Shown here one piece after another: positions 28,501-37,500 of a stretch of DNA of 64,000 bases (within the stretch, counting starts at the first letter, position 1; the number at the start of each line of letters is the position of its first letter). The stretch is from the NCBI GenBank assembly GCA_905235475.1, contig CAJOLU010000002.1, positions 472 to 64,471 of the forward strand. Direction: 5' to 3'. The DNA comes from an uncultured Clostridia bacterium (GTDB taxonomy: Bacteria > Bacillota > Clostridia > Christensenellales > UBA1242). The notes beneath the pieces are model-generated. The model was not told where the DNA came from. It made no database searches and saw only the letters and a list, made by a program, of their open reading frames with translations. The position numbers and the translations under genes are program-made.

Positions 28501-31500
28501 TTATTGCAGTTATTTCTGCACTAGAAAGTTCTGTGTATGTGTTTCCAACATACCACAAAAGTTCTTTAAGATTAAACGAATATGGGCGCAAACCATCTGA
28601 ATAAACCATTCCTTCCTTCACCGCAAGATTAAAGCCTGGTTTAATTATTTCTCCCTCAACTCCCACAGCTTCTTGGAAGAGTTCACTTTCCATCCAATCT
28701 TTTTGTGAATATTTTTCATACTCAATTGTAATAGGATTACTTAAACCTTCATTAATTGCAACAATTTCATCAATAGATTTTTCTGGTTGATCCCTATCAT
28801 AAAAGTCATATTCTGGTGCAGTGTATTCTGCGTAATTCATTCTCCAAATTTCAACTGTGAAGTATGGAGTGTTTTCTTCTTGAAGTCTTGTGTCTTTTGC
28901 ATATTGTTCATTGAATTGCAAGTTAAAACTTATGTTATTTGGATTTTCTCCAGCAGACCAACTTTGTCCTGAAACTCTGCCGCCATCAAGCAAGTTAGGC
29001 TCCCAAACAAATGCACTATCCGCCATAGTTATTTCCACTCCATTTTGAACAACTTTAATGTCTGCATTTGTTAGTGGACTTGGAACTTTCCAATATAAAT
29101 TCGCCTCTCTTAACACAATATAGATTTCAATGTTATTAAAGTTTTCAACATCACTATTATCAGCAAGCAAAATTGTGCTTAAATCGTAGGAACTGTTTTC
29201 TGAAACATTTTTTGTGTCATTAAACAACATATTTCCGTCTTTGTCATTAACAACAATCAAAATTTTTGAAACCATTCTAAATCTTAGGTTGTCAGCAAAC
29301 TCCCAAGTGAGAACACCATTATTCATGTTAAGTTCCAGATTTCTTAGATATAAGTTTTGATATTCAACACCCTTGTGGTGAGTTATGGCATTCATTTCAT
29401 CTGTTTCATTATTAGTAATTTTGTCAAGTTGTGTTGCATAAACATCTTCATAAATAGCGTTTATGCTCCTTTCTTGGTTGTTTGGTTGAAGACTTATTAT
29501 GTTTGCAACATCTTTAACTTCCAATGTAGCTCTATATTCATATTTGCCAACAACTTGGTCCACGCCATAAACATAAGGAAGTAAATCAAATTTCAAAACA
29601 TTGTCTACAATAGTAAACTCTGTGGATGAAGTGTTTAGTAGCTCATATCCATAAGTTATAATCCAAGCATCACCAACTTTTTCAAAACTTTGAATTGTTG
29701 TTTTAACATATGCTCTGTAGGTTATAACTCTGTTAGTAAATATGTCTTTTGCATAAACATAGTAAACTAGTGTTGAGTTAATTTGTGGCATAGCTAATTC
29801 AATATTTAAAGTGTAGGATTCAACATAAACGCCATCTGCAAATGTTTCAAATCTATAATATGATGTTTCTGTATCCAAAACAATGTTTTTGTTTGAACCA
29901 AAACTTAATGCCACAAATTGTTCAACATCATATCTAATTTGAACACCTGCTGTTTCAGCTGTGTCACTATTCAAAATGTTGTTATTCAAATCTGCTTGCG
30001 ATGAAATCCACTTGAATTTAACTGTGTAGGTATCATAAGTTAGAACTTCATTGCTTGCAAGCATAAATTCATAAACTGAAACTTTACTATTTCTTGAAGT
30101 TTGTTTTAGTGCTCTACCAACGGCTGATGTCCACAAAACATTTCCATCTTTATCATAAGTTCTAATAAATTTATTTATGCCCGCAACATAATTTGCAGCT
30201 TTAAATGCCAAATTGCCATTTGAATCATAGAAGTAAATCTCATATGTTGCATTTGCTTCATTAATTCCAGTTGTTACCAAAATATCTTCAAATTGCCCAT
30301 CATTTTTAATCTCTGTTTTGATGTTTTCACCAATCATATGCCTTCTATACACATCAAACTCATGATAAATTTCAACTTCCTCTGTCACAACACAGCCGTT
30401 ATCATCTGCAATTTGTTTAAAGTATGCACCATTGTCGAAATTTGTTTTGATTCTTGCAAAAATGTTATATGTTCCAGGCTCCAAATCTCTTGCTAATATT
30501 GTTGCATTGGCTCCTAATAAGATATCTAATGAATTCCAATTATTGCCACCAATAGGAACATATGAACCGTTGTGTGTGAATGCAATTTCCAAAAATGCCC
30601 CAACTGGTCCAGTTGCAGAAGTTAATCCAGAAACCCAGTTTTCAACACAATCAACATCATTCAAATCAAATGTATCAAGTGTTATAATTTGTTTATCATT
30701 AAAGTATTTTCTAATTGGGTTGTTTGTTGATAAATAGTTTTCAGCTTCTGTAAATATGCTATATACATAAATTTCACTGATTGCAATCTCATTATAATAG
30801 TATGTTCCACCTTGATAAATCACATTGCTTGTTGTGAGTTGAATGAAATCATTGCCATCTCTATAATAATAGTTGTTGTTTGACAAATCTTCATAAACGC
30901 TTGAGTCGAACAAAACTTCATTATAATATAATGGTTCACCATTCAAAATTTCAGAAACATATCCGTCAACCAGCATTGTTATATACTTATTAGATTTTAA
31001 CACAAGTTTTCTATTATTCTTTACTACATCACTCTCCACATCATCACTTAACAACAAGTCGCCAGAAATAGGCACAACTGTGATAATTGCCACATAATCT
31101 CCGGCAGGAAAATTAATCATTTCTGTGGTTATATTTAATGTCACAGTGTATGTGTTGGTTGCAGAGTCATATGTGTAATAATATTTATTGTCTGGATTTC
31201 CATCAGCCACATTTAGGATTCTAACTTCTCCATCTGAAAAACCAACGCTAGAAAGCTTTGTGAAATAACACCTATCAAACTCATTTAGTGAGCCATCTAT
31301 AAATATAACATTATTTCCATTACGATCCTTAATTTGCACTTTATAGACGCTGTTATCAAATTCATTTTGGCCTGTGGTGAATGTTAAATATTTTCCAGAT
31401 TCTCCATTTGGACCAGTTATTATGTCATCATTGAAGTTAGCAACAAGATTTTCAACATTTGTTGCTTTTTTGTATGGAATAAAGTTCTCTCTTGAAATTT

Positions 31501-34500
31501 TGTATACCCTACCGGTTCCATCTGTGAAATCATCTGTTTCTTCATTATCTAACACACTTAATGTTGAATCTATGTCTTTTTCACTATCAACATCAACATA
31601 AATCCAAAAATAATATTCATCATCATCAAAATTATCTGACAAACTTTCTATAAAGTCAGTTAAATCATATTCATAATATTTATAAGAATTTCCGCTAATA
31701 ACCACTTCTGTTAAATTATCAACGTTTGCCCTAATTGAATATGAACCAATCACTTCATAATCATTGAAATAAATCTTTTCTTCATCTTGTGACGCAACTG
31801 CTGTTTTTGTTTTGGAGGTTATAGAAACTTTATAAAGAGTTGCAAAATCAATTTGCTTAAAGCGAATTGAATATTCCACCATTCCCTCTCCCAAATAATA
31901 CTGTTTGTCAAGGCTTAGGCTAACATTTTCGTTGATAATAATTGGAATATCAAGATTGTGAGAAATATCTATTGCAGGAATAACAACAAACTCTTTACCT
32001 TCAATATTAAACATTAAGTCATTAGTTTTTATGTTGATTTTATATTGCTTGTCAGAGTTTCTAATATTTGAGTCAAGCGTAACAACAACATTTCCATTAT
32101 TTAATGACACATTGCTCAAGTAATCCCATTCATTTTCACTAATGGCATTATCCAGCAATTTGATATTAATAGTTTTATATAATGCTCTTCTAACTTCTGG
32201 TGTTATTAAAGCTTGATTTAACACAACACCATTATAATAACTAAATGGCATTAAATCAAAATCATCAAACACTAAATATCTTGTCACATTGTTGCCAGAT
32301 TTTGTGGCTGTGAAGTTCATATTTGAAATTCTATAAGTAAATTGTGGCACAAAGTTTTGATACAAAACCTTTGATGCTGTGCACCCATTTTTCATAGCAT
32401 AAATAAATGTTCCATAAATATAGTTTTCACGCCCTAGGTATGAGTCAATGTTGAACATTGTTTTAGCATTGGCTCCTTTTCCAGAAACCTTAAGCCATTT
32501 GTTTTGCCAATCTATGTTGGTTTCTGTGATTGTTCGAAGAACTTTGTTCTCTGCTTCATCAATGTCCAAATTCTCCGCCTTAACATACATCACATCCGCA
32601 TATGAACTCAATTTTGCCTCTTCAATTTTCACAAGTGTGTTATTTACGTCGTAATATACTTCAAGAGCATCAAATAAAATATCTAAAGTTCTTTGTAGGT
32701 AAAGTGCTTGTTCAAACAACATTTCTTCATAAACCTGTGCTCCCGTTAATGCATAACTAGCTGCGGTGCCTTCTGGTTCTAAATATCGTTCATCTTCTCC
32801 TCCGTTAATATTTGAACCGTCTAGTCTTATTCTTTCATTAAATGCTGTAACATAATAATAATTTGCACCATTTAAAACATTTTCATAAACATCTTCACTA
32901 AATTCAACCTTTCTATATACAAGCGAATTTGATAAACAAATGTAGTTTTCGCTAACTTCTGCATTTAAGAAATTGCATGTAAACACGCCATCACTAAATG
33001 AAATAACATCATTTGATAAATCTAATTCATAATAATTGACGCCACCAACACCATTATAGAATAGTTTTGCTGTGTTTGTTGCTATGTCCCAAGCATAATA
33101 TATATAGTAGTATGTTGTTTGAGTGTTTCCATCCCAATTAACATTTCCATCTTTATCAATATTAACTCGAACAAGTGCTGGTGTTTTGTCTGATGTTGTT
33201 AAAGTGTTTGAAGACTGAGGAGACCTTGTTGTGAATTGATATTCGTCCCAACTCAAACTCTTTTGACCTGGTTGACCCAAAACCACCAAACTATCCATTT
33301 TGGTGTTTTCTCTATCGAACACACCAAGTCCAGTGATCTGACCAAGCCCGTTTCGCTCTTCTTCCACACTATAAATCTTTTTATAGCCACCGATCCCTGA
33401 ATCATAGAAATATTTGCCAACATAAGTGTTGTTTAACACACTTTCATATGTTGCATAAGTTTCAGCAAAGTTTAAATCATACACATTATCGGTATCTTGA
33501 AGTGTGTAATCATTTACCACAATAGTTGATTCTGTTGCATTAATATATTGGCTCAAAATCTTTATATATTCATTTAAAGTTTCATCATAATAATATTTGC
33601 CAACAACCAAATTTAAATCTATCAAATATTTTGACAATTTTGTTTTACTAACAACTTCTGGAACATACACTGGAGTTATGTCATTAACAATAGCATTAAG
33701 ATTTGTTGCCTTTGTGTAGTTAATTGAAGCATTAATCACATAGTTCCAATCCAACTTAGCCCAAGTGTTACCAAATCCACAAATTGTGCTAATTGGAATT
33801 GCAAAGTTATATATTGTTGTGTTTGCGTTGGTGGTTTTTGAAGTTAAATATTTACCTTCAGATCTGCCTTTAAGTGATTCAATCACACACTTATTATCTT
33901 CTGTGAGTGTTAAATATGTTGGGCCTAATGTGCTATTATCTATATATTCGCCATCTTCAATTGGAAGCAATTCAACAGAAAAACTTTCAAAGGTTGATTT
34001 ATCAACATTTGAATATATACTATTATTAACTGTTATTTGAAGGTTTAATGGAAGGTTTGAGATATTTGTTTCAACACTAACCGATTCCACTCCTTCTCCC
34101 TGATATGCGTAGTAAACATAGACTGCATTACTTTGTCCACTTGATTGAATATAACCAAATTCGTTATATTGAACATAAATTTCATATATTCCTAACTTAT
34201 TATAAAAGAAACTATATGGATTAAATGAATAAACAAAGAAGCCGCCAACAGTTTCTAACCTTTGATTTTCAACAACTATTTCATTTAAGTCTGTGTTTAA
34301 AATGTTTCTAATTGTGATATTTGCTGTTCTAACCCCATCTAATGGTCTCATCAAAATTTTAACATTATTTGTTGAAACATCGGCTGAAGCATAGAACACA
34401 TTTTCTTCTTCAACATAAATGATTGGGTTGGCGAACTGTCCATCAAAACAGTTAATGCTTGCCATCGCATTTGTGCCAAGATAGAATTGTGTTCCAATAA

Positions 34501-37500
34501 TACGAACATAAACATTATAATTCTTTGTGGCTGTGAAAATATCTGAATCAGCACTATATTTAACTGTAAAGACTCCCATTTGTGTATCTTCATCATAAGC
34601 ATAATCCAAAGTTATGCTAACACCATCTGGGAAAGTGGATTGTCTGTCTTGCCATTCGCCATTAATGTTAGTTATTAATTGAACCATAAATGTGCCATCA
34701 CTATTCTTTACAACACAAATTTTATAGCCTAAAACTCTAACACTATTATTAGATATGTCTGAACCTTGTTTTTGGAAATAAATTTCAAAACCTTCAAGTT
34801 TTTCCTCGTCATTAAAGTTCTTAAATTCCACCTGAACATCTCGTCTTGTTGCGTAACTTTGTGCTTTGCCACCATCTTTAACAACAATGTCAACTGGATT
34901 CAAACTTTCTGTTATGTCATAATAAACTTCTGGGCTGCTGTGAGGAGATTCAACATTCCACTCTGTGTGTTTGGAAATTGCATACAAATAATATCTTCCA
35001 GCACCAAGTCCATTTTCTGTGATCAAAATGTTTTTAATATCTATTTTAATATCAGATGAATCACCAGCATCTTGATGATATACTAACACATTTCCATCAG
35101 ATAGATATAGTTCATATTCTAAGCCCAAAATATAAGCTTGTTCTTTCTTAATAATAAGCAAGTCAGGATTTTTTGAATCGAAGTAAACTGTTGGAGCGAT
35201 TAAACTAGGCGTGTATGCAAACACATTGCTCACCGACCATTCACTGGCTCTATATTGTGGATAATATGCTTGAGTGATTGTTGTGACAATAAAACCATCA
35301 TTATTTACATTACTTGATGTAACCAAAACATAGTCATCATCCACTTTCACATAGTGGCCAATATAATCTTGCTTTGCACTAAAAGTTCCTGGATATTCTT
35401 CAAGGCCTTCAACAAGTGCATATTTATATGCATTGGCTTGAACTTTTGCAAAAATATCGTGTTTTCCATTCTTTAACTCTGGTTTAGTTTCAAAAATATT
35501 TATTGCTGTTCCATCCCAATCATATTCAGCATAAACAATGGCATCTTCATCATTTATATCTTGATCAACATAAATTTGAACAGTGTATGGGTGAACTTTG
35601 TTGTCACTTGTGTAAACTGAAGCATTTTCAACTTCACTCCAAGAAACAACACCACCTTCAATGCTTAAGTTTTGTGGAGCCATAAGTGTTTGAGATGTGT
35701 AGTAAATTTTATAATCAACATCTCGCATAACAATGGCAACAGCATTCGCTGGAACAACTTTAATAAAGAGTTTTCCAACTTGATTAAAGTTTAGAGGGAA
35801 TCTAAACACATAATAATCAAAACTAGAAATAGTTTCTATTTCACCATTATTATATCGGTTCAAGCAATCATCTTTACTTACTGGAATGCTTTTAATAAGG
35901 CCATCATCATCAAACTTATAATATATAACAAATGTTTGAATTGTTGAAGTTTGAGAAATCTTATATTTAAAAGTTAATTCATTTGTGAGCACATCATAGT
36001 CAAAATATTCCACTTCTTCCATATGGAATGCATCATTATAGTTAATGATTTTGTTATTAAGTCCTATAATATAGCCCGCTCTTTCTGCTGTTATATAGTT
36101 GTTTTTATTATCTTTGGTTATATCAAAAGAAACATCTAAGTGAATGTTTGTCATTCCGTTAAATTTAAAATAGCTTTCATCAATATCTATCTTTGTTTCT
36201 TTGTTTGTGAAACCACTCAAATAAACATTTAAAGTGTTTGCAAAAGCATTTGAATCAGCTTCTGCCTCTTCATAAGAGTAACCACTATCATCGTTGTTTT
36301 TGCTAAACCAGAACCTAAAATTGTTTGCGTATTTTTCTGAATAGAACTTTATGTAATATGAAACCCCACTTTCCGTTCTTGTTCCACCAACACTAACATT
36401 CTTTGTGAAATCATATGCATATTCAATCTTGTATCGATATGCCTCATTAACCGAAATTCCATCAATAATTGCGTCTTTAAACTCTTTTTCACTTGAACTT
36501 GCAAGATAGTTGTTGCAGTTGTTTGCCTGAACTCGAACAATGTTATTTCCTGGAAGAGCATATTCACTTATTTCAAGTCCATAATATTTTTGACCATCAA
36601 ATGTATATAAATTAGCAACAGAAAATGATATATTTGTTACCGCTTTCCTGCCATTAACAAACACATCAAAAGTTTGACTTTCATCAAACATTGTTCTATT
36701 TGATAAATCTGTGTATCGCCAGAAAACATAATATTCATTTGAATCTTGGCCCGCAGCATTTAATTGGCTGGTGTGTGACAAAATTGGAGTGTTAACATAT
36801 TTTATAAGGTTAAAGGAAGCATTATTTGAACTTACACTCCTAGTGTATCTACTGTCTGCACCCTCTGCAACAGCATAAAATGTGTAGGTGCCCGGATTTT
36901 TATCATCAAAATAGTGTTTAACATTAGTAATTTTTATGTATTGGTCACCCTCATCATAACCCAAAGTTAAACCATCAACTCTTGTAAAGAGATATCCACC
37001 AGTAATGGTGTTATCATCAACATTAACTGTGATTATTGCATTTTGAACATCTGTGGAATAGATTTGATATTTGCTTGCATATTCAACTTCTTTAAATGTT
37101 ATCACAACATCATCACTTTCTTCTTTAATAGAAAAGTTTTTAGGTGATTCAAGTTTTATGGTATGGTCAACAATCGTGCCAACAACATCTGAATCTTCAA
37201 ATAGTAAATAACCACCCAAAGATTTTAATGTTACATAATATTTGCCAGCACCATAAATGTTAAAGAAGTTTGTAAGAGAATATCTATATGTGGAAAGTTC
37301 AAGAGCAACTTTTGGAATAATTTGTTCTCGCAAAAGCGTTCCTGAAGCACTTTCGCCCTCATATATTTTTATTTCAAAACCATTGTTATCAGTGGCTCTT
37401 GGAGCCATAAAAATGGTTCTTATTATGTTTCCATCGCCCCCAATAGGTGCTTGAACTATTTGGCTATTTGCTCCATACACAATATTTTGAGATGCATCTT

